IMG/VR virus record: IMGVR_UViG_2744054452_000001
Location: 1-64,000 of that record
Source of the DNA: a virus
Taxonomy: Duplodnaviria; Caudoviricetes
DNA length: 64,000 nucleotides
Reading direction: 5' to 3' (one strand)
The stretch's first letter is position 1, and each line of letters begins with the position of its first letter. Position numbers and translations under genes: made by a program. The notes under the pieces were generated by a model. The model did no database searches, had not been told where the DNA came from, and saw only the letters and a list, made by a program, of their open reading frames with translations. Below are positions 39,256 to 49,319 of the stretch, piece by piece.

Positions 39256-40554
39256 TTATTTCGGCACGCGAACAAGGATGGTTCCGTCTGACGAATAGCG
39301 CGATGCGCCGGAGTCTTCGCTGGTGTAGCGCTCAACCGCGATGGAAATCATTGATCCCTCGCTGGTGGCCAGGTAGTCCATGACCGCCGGTGTCATCCAG
39401 GCAGAGTGCTGGGGAGAAAAGACCACGCCCTTACCGTTCTGGGCCGACCAGACCCCCTGCGTCTTGCCCTGGGTGATCCGGGCGTCATTGATCGTGGGGT
39501 CAGTGGTGTCGCGCACGGCGCGCAAATTCAGTGCATTCTCGAAATACGACGAGCTGCGGCCGTCTGCCATCGAGTCAAAGGCGGTGCCCCTCCACTTCGC
39601 CGGATCTGCACCGTCTGCCCTGATGCCGGCGTCGGTCGTGCTCAGGCACATGACCGCGGCGTTTGAGCTCGGCCCGAAGCGGCGGCGACCCAGGTACACC
39701 GTGCGCTTGGCGCCGGCGCTGTCGGTCAGGGAGAAGTTCCCGAAGGAAATCAGGCCTTGGCGAAATGCATACGCCGGCTCTTCGGTGCGGGTGCGCGCCA
39801 GCTTGGTGCCATTGCCTGCAAACCAGCCGATCACGCGCACTCCAGACTCGGTCTCGCCCGTGAAGTCCAGGAAGAGGTTGCCGCCGAACTCGGTGTCGAT
39901 CACCGCCTGGGTAGTCTCTTCGGACTTGGTCAGCAGCTCGTTGACGGACAGGCCGGCAGAAATGACGGCAGAGCCCGTAATCATTCGCCCGTAGCCAAAT
40001 GGGACGGGATGGCCCTGGGCCTGTACATTGACTGCTCCATTGAAGATGAAGCTGGTGGAGTCGCTTTTCTCCTGGCCGCTGCTGATACCGGTGGTCGGTG
40101 TCAGCAGCTGCACCACGCCGCCCAGCGCCATGGCCATGCCCATGCTGTACGCTGCAGCAGAAATGCCCGTCGCTGCGGTTGCGGCGGTTCCAGCTGCGGC
40201 GTTTGCTGCAACAGCTGCGCCAGGCATGTAGAAGGACGCCACCACCAGGGCCGCGCCCAGAATGATCTGCCCAATCCCGCCCTTCTTGGCACCCTGCAGC
40301 ACAGGGGTCAGAAAGATCGAGCCGGACACGGGCATGCCGAGCTCGCTCTCGGCAATCTGGATCTCGTCGCGCTTTTTGCCGCAGCTGAGCGTGTAGCCAT
40401 AGCCTTTCTCGCCCAGGTCGCGCAGCGTCGCAATGAAGCCGCTGTGGTTCGCCTCCATTGCGCGCAGTGCCTCGGAGGGCGTGTCCACGTCAAACGTGTG
40501 CGAACGACCGTACTGCTTTGCAAGGGGGCCGTACAGACGGAGCTCACGCATCAT
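39256..40554 (-). CDS. tail assembly protein I with C-terminal extension
   Basis: LYGPLAKQYG...QGHPVPFGYGRMITGS followed by about 230 extra residues. Confidence 0.85.
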   Translation of the reverse strand: MMRELRLYGPLAKQYGRSHTFDVDTPSEALRAMEANHSGFIATLRDLGEKGYGYTLSCGKKRDEIQIAESELGMPVSGSIFLTPVLQGAKKGGIGQIILGAALVVASFYMPGAAVAANAAAGTAATAATGISAAAYSMGMAMALGGVVQLLTPTTGISSGQEKSDSTSFIFNGAVNVQAQGHPVPFGYGRMITGSAVISAGLSVNELLTKSEETTQAVIDTEFGGNLFLDFTGETESGVRVIGWFAGNGTKLARTRTEEPAYAFRQGLISFGNFSLTDSAGAKRTVYLGRRRFGPSSNAAVMCLSTTDAGIRADGADPAKWRGTAFDSMADGRSSSYFENALNLRAVRDTTDPTINDARITQGKTQGVWSAQNGKGVVFSPQHSAWMTPAVMDYLATSEGSMISIAVERYTSEDSGASRYSSDGTILVRVPK

Positions 40555-41266
40555 GCTTGACCCCCTTGTGGCGCATCACATGGGTGGTATGGCGACGCCA
40601 GTAGCCGCCATAAACGTCTTTGCTGCTCAAGCGCCCGTAGAGGTGGTGGCCAATGAGGTCGTCACCGACAACAACGGCGGCATGGTTGGGCACATCGGAC
40701 AGAACCTGCATCAGCAGCACATCCCCGATGCGCAGCGCCTCGGTGTCTTGGACGCGCTCAAAGCCCCACTTCTTGTAGTTGTCCAGGTACAGGTTCTGGC
40801 CCTTGGCCCACCACTCGTCCTCACGCACGGGGGTATCGAGCTTGATGCCGTGGGTCTGCCAGTACCATGCCTGCACGAAGCCGAAGCAGTCGAAGCTGCC
40901 ATGGTGGAACTCCCGCTGGTACAGCGGACGGTTCTCAAAGTCGGGCTGTGTGTAGCTCCAGCGGCCCGCCGGCCAGCTGAGAATCACCCAGGGCAGGCCG
41001 GAGCGCTGGCACGACGCCAGGTCGAAATCGCTGGGCAAATGGATGTAGTTGGGGTGCGAGTGAAACACCCCCACCAGCTCGCCCATGTCTTCGGCAGCCC
41101 GGTAGTCGGTGTCGGAGATGGCGAAATAGTCCCCGGGCTTGTCGGAGATATTTGCGCAGGGCACGTACTTGATGCCGCCGGCGGCGCGCACCAGCAGACC
41201 ACATGCCTCCTTGGGAAACTCGCGCTGAGCGTGCTCCTGCATTGCCTGCTGCAGCGCAGGCGTCAT
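40544..41266 (-). CDS. tail tip protein K (JAB + NlpC/P60)
   Basis: EACG, HSHP, DCFGFV, HHLYGRLS; start at 41266 or 41287. Confidence 0.92.
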   Translation of the reverse strand: MTPALQQAMQEHAQREFPKEACGLLVRAAGGIKYVPCANISDKPGDYFAISDTDYRAAEDMGELVGVFHSHPNYIHLPSDFDLASCQRSGLPWVILSWPAGRWSYTQPDFENRPLYQREFHHGSFDCFGFVQAWYWQTHGIKLDTPVREDEWWAKGQNLYLDNYKKWGFERVQDTEALRIGDVLLMQVLSDVPNHAAVVVGDDLIGHHLYGRLSSKDVYGGYWRRHTTHVMRHKGVKHDA

Positions 41267-41288
41267 TTCTTCTTCTAGTTCTTGCATT

Positions 41289-41984
41289 TCACACTCGCAT
41301 CAGGCCGGCGGCAGGGAAGCCGCCGAACGGGAGCACAGCACTGCCAAAGCGCAGCTTGCAGCTCCTGAGCCGCTTGCCACACTGGTCTTGTGCCTCTTCG
41401 GTAACAGGGTTGTCGTGAATGTCGGCACAGGGGCCGCCCGTGTAGCCGCAGTCAGCACCGCGGTATGCCCAGGGGCATGCGTTCTGAATGATCTGGCGAC
41501 GCGGCAGCATCACGTTGGTCATTTCCAGGGACGAGCGCAGCTCAAACTCAACGACCGCGTCGTCCTCGGACTTCTTCTGGTCGATGAAATACACGTCGCT
41601 GGGCAGCTCGACCGTGGGGTCTGCCGTGGGGTTGCCGCCCTTGAAATTGACGGCATCGAGATAGCGGGCCGTCGTGCGGCGGCGCACCACCTTCGCGCCA
41701 ACAATGTCGCGCTCCAGCAGCAGCGCACTGATGACGCCTTCAATGTTGGCCAGGCGCATCTTCGGCCTGGGCAGGCTGCCGTTGGTGGTCTGCTCAAAGC
41801 CCTCGATCAGCACGGGAAAGGGCGTGTATTGCCGGCCGCCCCACACGAGGGGGCCGAAGTATTCATTGACGCCAGCATGGAAGTAGTGCACCTCGTCATC
41901 CAGGTGCAGCTCGTACATCGAGACAATGGCGCTCGGCTCAAGTGACTGCAGCTCTGCAGCCAGGGCAAGATTCAGCGTTGCCAT
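41289..41984 (-). CDS. minor tail protein L
   Basis: CPWAYRGADC...CGKRLRSCKLRF..FGGFP. Confidence 0.93.
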   Translation of the reverse strand: MATLNLALAAELQSLEPSAIVSMYELHLDDEVHYFHAGVNEYFGPLVWGGRQYTPFPVLIEGFEQTTNGSLPRPKMRLANIEGVISALLLERDIVGAKVVRRRTTARYLDAVNFKGGNPTADPTVELPSDVYFIDQKKSEDDAVVEFELRSSLEMTNVMLPRRQIIQNACPWAYRGADCGYTGGPCADIHDNPVTEEAQDQCGKRLRSCKLRFGSAVLPFGGFPAAGLMRV

Positions 41985-41987
41985 GTC

Positions 41988-42329
41988 TTAAACCTCGGGC
42001 AGCTGCTCAAAGGTGCCCGAGAGCGCGGAGATCGTGCCGTGATCGCGCGCACGTTTCCACGAGCGGCACAGGTAGACGCCGCTGACCTCATCGGGATTCA
42101 CCCAGATGAAGCCCTTGTAGCCTCCGTGCTCTCGCAGGAAGTCGTCAATCGCTTTGATCTCGGCCCGGGTGCCTGTGAATTTCAACTCCCAGGCTTCAAG
42201 GATCGGTGTAATGCTGTTTGGTGCGCGCTGTTCGTAACCGTCGCCCATCTTGGCGCTGCTTACGGATGGCTCAACGTTCAAGGACAGCGATGCGTCGGGG
42301 AACCACCCAAATGTTTTTCTTGTTGTCAT
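41988..42329 (-). CDS. minor tail protein M
   Basis: MGDGYEQR, FLREHGG..F.W, TFEQ. Confidence 0.92.
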   Translation of the reverse strand: MTTRKTFGWFPDASLSLNVEPSVSSAKMGDGYEQRAPNSITPILEAWELKFTGTRAEIKAIDDFLREHGGYKGFIWVNPDEVSGVYLCRSWKRARDHGTISALSGTFEQLPEV

Positions 42330-42383
42330 GGGGAATCCAGTGGCTTGTTTGCCACTGGATTCTAAGTCAGCACTGACTTAGCA

Positions 42384-45300
42384 TCAAGACGCCAGGATAC
42401 CCCCTTGACGCTTTTGGTTCATCAATTCCTCGCGCACAACGTCCTTGACGCGGTTTGCCAGGCCACGGGCGAATGCGTCATTGGTGCCGCCTGCCGAGCT
42501 ACCGGTGGTCGATTCCTTGCCGCTGTCGTTGATCGTGATGTGGATGTTGTTGACGATGCCCTGGCCACCGCCCGACATGGTTACGGGGATACTGCGACCG
42601 TCAGGCAGCGGCACGTAGGCTTCGGAGTATTTGCCCTCACCGTACAGCGCCAGCTGTGGCGAATCAGCAATCCCGCCCTTGGCGTACTTGCGCAGAGGCA
42701 CCGAGCCCAGCTCGGTCATGATGCCGCCATCGGCAAATGGTGTCGTTGGCAGCTTGAGGCCCAGGCCGGAGCTTCCGCTGCCCAGCGAGTAGTCCACCTT
42801 TGAGCCGCTGCCCAGCGGGCCGGTACCGGCGCCACCGCTCATCCAGCTACCAACGGCGCTCATGCCCATTTGGATCAGCACCGAGAATGCCTTGTTGGTA
42901 TACAGGCGCGCCAGATCCTTCAAGATGGACGACACCATGTCCTTGATGCTCGACTTGCCCGTGGTTGCGAACTCAAGGAATGCGTCGGACGCGGTCTGTG
43001 CCCAGCCTGCTGTGGACTGTTCGAGGTTGTCAGAGAAGTGCCCCCACTCTTCTGCCAGCTTTTGCAGCGGAGGCTTGACCTGATCGACCATGGCCAGGGC
43101 GCGGGCACGGTTGTTCTTAAAGATGGCGTCCTGCAGTGCCGCCAGCTGATTTGCAGCTGCACCCTCGGCTGCCACGCGGTCATACAGGTTTTGCATTTCA
43201 CGCGCGTGGGCATCGTTCTCGCCTGTGATGCGCTCCTGGCGTTGAATGCGTGTCTCATTGGTCAGGCGCCCGGACAGCTGCTGAGTTTCTGAGACCAGGT
43301 TGCGCATGGCGTTGGCAATATCAATCGTTGCTGCCTGGCTCTTGATGTTCGCAACCACATCGGCGAACGTCTGGCCTGTCTTCTTGGCATATGCCTCGTA
43401 CAGGTCAGCGTGCGCCAGCAGCTGCTTGGCTACCGAGTTCATGCGCTGGGTGCTGGTGCTCACGCCCATGGGGTCGGAGATAACCTCCATGGCCTGCTCA
43501 AACTCTGGCGCCAGGGACTCGATGTAACGCGCAGCGTGCTCGGCCTTGCGTGCCATGGTCTGGGCATCCTTAATGTCCTGCTCCTTGGCGGCGTTGGCCT
43601 TGATCTGCTCGATCAGCCCATCCAGCATGGAGCGAGTGACCTTGTCCTTCTTGAAGGCGCCTTCCTTGAACTTCGTTTCCAGGTCGTTGATAACGTCAGC
43701 GACAGAAATGCCCTTCTTGCCTGTCTCGAGTACGTTGTCCAGTTCTTCGTCCAGGCGCAGCCGGTCGCCCTTCACATCGGACACGAGCTTTTCCCAGGCA
43801 GAAACGGCGGGCCCATTGCCCTTTTTCTTGCCGGCCTTGTCGTCAGCGAGTGTCTCGGGCAGGATCGTGGCGCTCATTTGGTCGCGCAGCTCGCGTGCCT
43901 GGGCGCCCAGCTTCTTGACCTCGTCCAGCTTCGCCTGCAGGTTCACCGCGTCCTGGCCGGTTGACTTCTGCAGCTGTGCTGTCAGGGTGTCTTCCTGCTT
44001 TTTCCAGTGCTCTGCCTGCTGCGCATACCCCTCGGAAGAGATTTTGTAGCGCTGCTCGGTGAACTTCTTGAGCGCGGCCGCCTGCTCTTTGCTGCCGTCC
44101 TTGAACTTCTTGCGCTCTGCCTCGGCAGCCTGGTCAACGGCATCAATGCGCTTTTTCGTGCTCAGCTGCATTTCGTTGACGAACTGATCTGCCTGCTCGC
44201 GCATGTAGAAAGCAACCTCGTCACCGGCCTTATCGCGCGAGATATTGGCGACCATCTGGTTGTAAACCTTCATGGCCCTGTTCAGCTCGGCGGTCTTCTG
44301 CTCGATGACTGCCTTTTCATCCCCGAGCTGCTTCTTGTCCTTGTTGAGGGTGATGGACTGGCCGCTCGCGGGATCGTAGATTTCGACCTTGTCGCTCTTG
44401 AGCTCTTCGAGTTCCTTTTTCAGGCGATCGACCTGCTCACCCTGGGCGTCACGCTCAGAGGCAGTCGAATGGCCGTCAGCGGCACGGCGCTGGGCCTGGG
44501 CAGCCGCCTCGGCGGCACGCTTCACGTCGTACCACTTCGCAACCAGCAGCCCAATGGCGGTGATCGCCACCCCCACCCAGCCGCCCATGGCATTGAGTAC
44601 AGACCCGAATGCGTTGCCGGCAACCGTTGCCGCCTTCATGGCGAAAGTCTGGGCGTTCAGGGCGATGATGCTGCGGCCGAGTGCCGCGGTCTTTGCGGCA
44701 GTAGCCCTCTCAGCACGCTGAATCGTGTTCACCAGGGCGCCAACGGTTCGGTCGTTGGTGTTCATCACCTGGGTCTGCTGCACGATCGTCTGGCTGAGCT
44801 TGCCGGCCTCCAGGCGCATCTTGTCGATCTCTCTGGATGCATTGCTCAGCTGGCCGATCTGGCGATTGATCGAGTTGACCTGCTTCTTGCTTGTCGCGTC
44901 TGCCAGCGATGCCTGCAGATTGGCCATGCGTGTATCGTGCGCAAGAATCGTCGCACGCATTTGCGAGTACGAGTCCATGCGCTGCTGCTGCAGCTGATTG
45001 ATCGTGGCGTTCTCGTTGCGCACCACTGCGATCTTCTCGACGGCGGCGCGCTTCGATTCAGCAATCTCATTGAGCGTCGCATTGGCGGCATCACGGGCAC
45101 GGGCAACATTCATCTTGCCGTTGTCGGCAATAGTCCTCGTGGACTCGGCAGCTGCCTGCGACAACTCCTTGAACTTGCTGCCGACAGCGCCCACGGCACC
45201 GCCCACCAGCGAGGTCTGTACCTTGTATGCCGCCCAGGCAAGTGCGGCGATCTTGATGTACTCGGCGTTGTCGTAAATGACCTTGCCCAGATCCTTCATC

Positions 45301-46244
45301 ACGCCGATGGCTTCGCCCAGGCCACTGCCAAAATTGCGGCCAAACTCCCGGAATTCCGGGCTGGCCAGCATTGTCGTGAGCTCCTTGACCGCGGACTTCA
45401 TGGCATCGCCAAATCCAGAGTCGGCAATGTCCTTGCTTGCCAGCATCCACTGCGTCTTGAGCTGCGCTGTCATGCCGACCCAGGTGGTCATCATTTCAGC
45501 TGCGGCGCCGTCGTTTTGGACTTTCAGCTCGCGCATCATCGCGGCGATGGCAGTCTTGGCAACCAGCGTGCCCTTGGAGACCGCCTTAGTCAGCTCTGCC
45601 ATGGACATGCCGAGACCCGTGGCCATGGCCTGCATGGCATTCGGAATCGCTTCACCGAGCTGCTGGCGCAGTTCTTCCATCGAGACCACGCCCTTGCCCG
45701 CCATCTGGGAGATAGCCACGGATGCGCGCTTGAGCACTTCTGAGGTGCCCCCGAACCGGGCTACAGAGTCCACCAGGGTTTGAAGCGAGCCATTGGTCGG
45801 GTCGATGCCGGCGGTCTTGAGCTTCACGAATGAGTCAGACAGGGCAGAAATCTCAAATGGCGCACTCTTGGCCATCTGGGTGATGAAGTTGAAGTCCCGG
45901 ATGCCCTCGGCTGCCTTGGCCATCTTCTCTGTCTCTTTGGACAGACCAGCCATCAGCGCCTGCATGCGCTCCAACTCGCCCGCGTTCTTCATGATGTGCA
46001 TCGGCAGGCGGCCGAATGCGTCATACAGGTTCAGCAGGGCAAAACGCATCGTTCCAGTGACCAGTACGAAGTCACGGAAGCGATGCGTTACGGATTTGAT
46101 TGAGGTCTCAGCCTTCTTTGCAGCCGGTGATACCTGCTCAAACTCGCCCTTCATCTTTTTGAGCGAGTCAGTTACCTTTTGGGCGATGACCTTGTAGCCG
46201 TCATCATCCAGCTCAAGACGAATCTTGATGTCGGAATCTCCCAT
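42384..46244 (-). CDS. tape measure protein
   Basis: QMAGKGVVSMEELRQQLGE, long helical body, FADGG and YGEG..SEAYVPL. Confidence 0.93.
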   Translation of the reverse strand: MGDSDIKIRLELDDDGYKVIAQKVTDSLKKMKGEFEQVSPAAKKAETSIKSVTHRFRDFVLVTGTMRFALLNLYDAFGRLPMHIMKNAGELERMQALMAGLSKETEKMAKAAEGIRDFNFITQMAKSAPFEISALSDSFVKLKTAGIDPTNGSLQTLVDSVARFGGTSEVLKRASVAISQMAGKGVVSMEELRQQLGEAIPNAMQAMATGLGMSMAELTKAVSKGTLVAKTAIAAMMRELKVQNDGAAAEMMTTWVGMTAQLKTQWMLASKDIADSGFGDAMKSAVKELTTMLASPEFREFGRNFGSGLGEAIGVMKDLGKVIYDNAEYIKIAALAWAAYKVQTSLVGGAVGAVGSKFKELSQAAAESTRTIADNGKMNVARARDAANATLNEIAESKRAAVEKIAVVRNENATINQLQQQRMDSYSQMRATILAHDTRMANLQASLADATSKKQVNSINRQIGQLSNASREIDKMRLEAGKLSQTIVQQTQVMNTNDRTVGALVNTIQRAERATAAKTAALGRSIIALNAQTFAMKAATVAGNAFGSVLNAMGGWVGVAITAIGLLVAKWYDVKRAAEAAAQAQRRAADGHSTASERDAQGEQVDRLKKELEELKSDKVEIYDPASGQSITLNKDKKQLGDEKAVIEQKTAELNRAMKVYNQMVANISRDKAGDEVAFYMREQADQFVNEMQLSTKKRIDAVDQAAEAERKKFKDGSKEQAAALKKFTEQRYKISSEGYAQQAEHWKKQEDTLTAQLQKSTGQDAVNLQAKLDEVKKLGAQARELRDQMSATILPETLADDKAGKKKGNGPAVSAWEKLVSDVKGDRLRLDEELDNVLETGKKGISVADVINDLETKFKEGAFKKDKVTRSMLDGLIEQIKANAAKEQDIKDAQTMARKAEHAARYIESLAPEFEQAMEVISDPMGVSTSTQRMNSVAKQLLAHADLYEAYAKKTGQTFADVVANIKSQAATIDIANAMRNLVSETQQLSGRLTNETRIQRQERITGENDAHAREMQNLYDRVAAEGAAANQLAALQDAIFKNNRARALAMVDQVKPPLQKLAEEWGHFSDNLEQSTAGWAQTASDAFLEFATTGKSSIKDMVSSILKDLARLYTNKAFSVLIQMGMSAVGSWMSGGAGTGPLGSGSKVDYSLGSGSSGLGLKLPTTPFADGGIMTELGSVPLRKYAKGGIADSPQLALYGEGKYSEAYVPLPDGRSIPVTMSGGGQGIVNNIHITINDSGKESTTGSSAGGTNDAFARGLANRVKDVVREELMNQKRQGGILAS

Positions 46245-46298
46245 GACCTATCCTTGTTTTTCTTGTTATGTCGGACGGGCCACGGGAGCTAAGCTGGC

Positions 46299-46987
46299 CT
46301 AGATCATCATGGCCCGCAGTCGGGCAGAAGCGTCATGGTCGCGTTGGCTGTTGGCCATGATTACTGCCTTGGTAGAGCGCTTTACAGGCTCTGGTGCCTG
46401 TTCTTGCAGCCTTTCGGCAAGCGTCTTTGCAGACTCAGAGGACTGCGATGCAGAGAAGACCTGCAGATCCAGGAATGACCGGGCTGCACTGATGCGCTGG
46501 GTGAAGCCGGCCAGCTTCCAGAACGCGCGCATGGGCATGGCCATGGTGTTCTGGTAGGAGTGACCATAGGTGGCCATCACTTGCGCCAGCATGAAGCCCA
46601 GATCAATCGACTCGATCAGGTCTTCCGTGCCACTCAGTCCTTTTTTTTATCGGCGTCGGGCGATTTCAGGACTTCCTCATCCATGTCGCCACGGATGAAG
46701 CGCAGGATCGCGCTCATGGCGGGCAGCTGCAGGGAGCGCAGGTCTGCCTCGGGGAATTCGGGGATCGACTCCAGGATGTTCTTGATGGCCAGTTCAACCT
46801 GGGCGGACACAGCTTCGGGCTGCTTTTCCTTTGCGCCGCCCTGGGCTTCCAGATCCTCGGCGGCTTTCAGGTTGTCAATGAAGGCTTGAACGGACAGTTC
46901 CTTGACTTCGTAGTCGGTGCCCTTGAAGCGCAGCACGCGCTTGACTGTGGCGAATTCGTCAATGTTCAGGATTTTCGGTGCAGACAT
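46299..46987 (-). CDS. tail assembly chaperone GT-like, -1 frameshift product
   Basis: A AAA AAG slippery site at 46640-46646; the -1 frame reads GLSGTEDLIESIDLGFMLAQV, in frame with ORF 46299-46592. Confidence 0.8.
46634..46987 (-). CDS. tail assembly chaperone G-like
   Basis: Between the major tail and TMP genes; ends ...DKKKD. Confidence 0.85.
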   Translation of the reverse strand: MSAPKILNIDEFATVKRVLRFKGTDYEVKELSVQAFIDNLKAAEDLEAQGGAKEKQPEAVSAQVELAIKNILESIPEFPEADLRSLQLPAMSAILRFIRGDMDEEVLKSPDADKKKD

Positions 46988-47048
46988 TTTTTTCTTCTTA
47001 TTGAGCTGCTGGGCGGCACCCGGCTGGGGCCGCCCATGGGGTCACTGG

Positions 47049-47918
47049 TTATGCGCCAGCGGTTGCGGCCATGTCGCCCAGGGCGAACAGCTTGCCGTCA
47101 TTGGTGGGGTAGCCGGTGAAGTTGGCGTTGAACACACGCTCACTGTCGATCTGGTAGGCGAAGGACAGCTCACCGGGAGCGGCAGCGCGGTAGATGGTGA
47201 AGTCTTCCGATGTGTCGCTGTCGGGCTTGTTGATGGGGTGCAGGCGCAGTTCGCCGGCGAAATCCAGCAAGTCCAGGCCGGCGCCAGTCTGCACGTCCAG
47301 GCGCATCTTGGTCGGGGCAATGCCGCCGGCCAGGGTCGCACCAGATGCGGTTGCCTTGGAGCTGGTCGAGGACAGCTCGACAGCATTCGCTTCGGAGCCG
47401 TAGTCAATGGCGGTGATGACCACCTTGGTAGTGCCTTCGCGCACCGACTGCACGCCGCCGTAGGTGCCGGCCGCGCCGGAGCGGTTGATCGCGGTCACGG
47501 TCTTGTTCAGCGTTTCGGTCAGGTCGGCGCCGATGTTGATCTGGTTGACGGATGCGACAGGGGTATTTGCCGCCACGAACGTGAACGTCTGGCCGCCCAG
47601 CTTGAAGGTATCTGCGGGTGCAGGCTGGCCGGTGAACGTCAGAGTGCCAGTTGCGCGCTTGCCATCGGTCACGATGGTGGAGCCAGGCATCAGGGCACCC
47701 ATGTTTTCAATGGTCGATTCGGCCATGGGCACTGTTGCGGTCACGGTACGGCCCTGCACCAGTTCCTTGATGGGGGTCTTACCGTATTGGTCAACCTCCA
47801 CCTTGTAGGTTTCGGTGGACACCGAAACCTCAACGCCGCCCTTGGTCAAGCCCAGGTCACGGCCCTTGAAGTAGCCGCGGCAAACGCCCAGCTTCACGTT
47901 TTCGGTCTTAGAAGCCAT
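47049..47918 (-). CDS. major tail tube protein
   Basis: DLGLTKGGVEV...VEVDQYG; position in the tail operon. Confidence 0.85.
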   Translation of the reverse strand: MASKTENVKLGVCRGYFKGRDLGLTKGGVEVSVSTETYKVEVDQYGKTPIKELVQGRTVTATVPMAESTIENMGALMPGSTIVTDGKRATGTLTFTGQPAPADTFKLGGQTFTFVAANTPVASVNQINIGADLTETLNKTVTAINRSGAAGTYGGVQSVREGTTKVVITAIDYGSEANAVELSSTSSKATASGATLAGGIAPTKMRLDVQTGAGLDLLDFAGELRLHPINKPDSDTSEDFTIYRAAAPGELSFAYQIDSERVFNANFTGYPTNDGKLFALGDMAATAGA

Positions 47919-48011
47919 TGCTCTATTTCCCTCTATTCTTATTCTTATGGGTAAGTCAGGACTGACTTAGCTATGTATTCTAAGCAGAGTCAGTCGGTGT
48001 GGCAACACCCT

Positions 48012-48443
48012 CTATGGGGCGATGTAGTTGAGCTCGACTTCCATTTCAAACTCGTTGAAACCTCCGTCAGAGCTTTTGTAGGGGGTCGGTTCATTGACCA
48101 CCCGGATGCCCCGCAGCAGTACGGACGTGCCGGCGCCGAGCAATTCGTCCAGGTGCTTGCCACTGATGACACGCTCCAAGCTGTCGGTCGCAAGACGCTC
48201 CAGCTGCCTTGCCAGGCGATAGCCACGCGAGTACGGCGCAGAGCGCACCACCATTCGCAGGCCACCGAAGCGCAGCAGCGGGATGTACGGGTCGATCGGC
48301 GTCCCCTCGGGGTACGAGTCCATCAGCAGCACCCCGTGCTTGCACTGCAGGGGCATTTCGTTGATGAACACCTGGCCAAGGTCGAGGTCTGGGTGCGCGC
48401 GCGCGATCTCCATCAGGAAATCTGCCACAAGTTCCATCTTCAT
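48012..48443 (-). CDS. putative tail terminator
   Basis: Position and size. Confidence 0.6.
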   Translation of the reverse strand: MKMELVADFLMEIARAHPDLDLGQVFINEMPLQCKHGVLLMDSYPEGTPIDPYIPLLRFGGLRMVVRSAPYSRGYRLARQLERLATDSLERVISGKHLDELLGAGTSVLLRGIRVVNEPTPYKSSDGGFNEFEMEVELNYIAP

Positions 48444-48958
48444 CGGGTTTTCCTCTTGCGGGTTCTGCTACGCGCCGTCTGGGTTGCGGGGCGGTATGCA
48501 TTCTTGAGCTGTACGAATGCCGCTGGCTTGCCGCGGGCGACTGCTTGCAGCTCTTCTTTCAGTAGCAAGGTTCCCTCACGGACAGCACGCGCAAAGAACT
48601 TCCGGCCGACCTTGTTACCGGCCATGGCCTTCTTGCGTGAACCAGGGCCGAGGTTGTACTTGCCCTGCTCCATCAGCTTCGCGTACTCGCTCAGCGAGCC
48701 ACTGCGCTTGCCGACGCGCTTCGCGTCACCGTCGATATAGACCAGGTAGGCGTTGCGCCTGCGCGCGTCCTTGAGCGTCACATATTCGATGTTCTTCTCC
48801 AGCACGCCGGTCTTGACCGGGGCGTAGCTGCGCGCCAGGTCGCGGATCATCTGGGCACGGCGACGCATTACGTCACTCATGCCCTTCATGGCCTTCTCGC
48901 CAGTCTGGGTGATCCTTGACTCAATGCTGCGCACATCGAAGTCGATCTTCATCCCCAT
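48440..48958 (-). CDS. HK97 gp10-like tail completion protein
   Basis: APVKTGVL, YAKLMEQG, KFFARAV. Confidence 0.8.
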   Translation of the reverse strand: MGMKIDFDVRSIESRITQTGEKAMKGMSDVMRRRAQMIRDLARSYAPVKTGVLEKNIEYVTLKDARRRNAYLVYIDGDAKRVGKRSGSLSEYAKLMEQGKYNLGPGSRKKAMAGNKVGRKFFARAVREGTLLLKEELQAVARGKPAAFVQLKNAYRPATQTARSRTRKRKTR

Positions 48959-49317
48959 TGCTCAGGCACCTTCTGATCGCACGTCAGTTCATAGTGGTCA
49001 AGAATGCCGCGCACGTTGAAGCGCGGCTCCCGGCCGATGACGCGAACCTTTGTTTCCAGCATGCCGATCACATCGTCAATGCGTACAACGCTCAGCGGCG
49101 GCACCAGGATGCGGATCTCGGCAACCTCTTCCTCGGCATGGCCACGGGTGCCCGACGAGTCGGTACGCACCGTGGTTGCCATGGATTTGAAGCGCAGGCG
49201 CACCGGGGCGCACCTCTCCTTGACGGGACGCTCGGCATAGATCGGTTCAGAGTAAGCACTAACGCCCAACTTCTTGAACACGTCAATTCGCATGGTCGTG
49301 TACAGGAGTGATGCCAT
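48949..49317 (-). CDS. putative head-tail adaptor/stopper
   Basis: ATG 49317; position; ...LDHYEL. Confidence 0.65.
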   Translation of the reverse strand: MASLLYTTMRIDVFKKLGVSAYSEPIYAERPVKERCAPVRLRFKSMATTVRTDSSGTRGHAEEEVAEIRILVPPLSVVRIDDVIGMLETKVRVIGREPRFNVRGILDHYELTCDQKVPEQWG

Positions 49318-49319
49318 GG

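Noticed and set aside
44007-45743. 578-aa plus-strand ORF, and similar ones such as 52011-53618, 37113-38414 and 4376-5353
   Set aside because: Antisense shadows of well-supported minus-strand genes in GC-rich DNA, with no recognisable motifs
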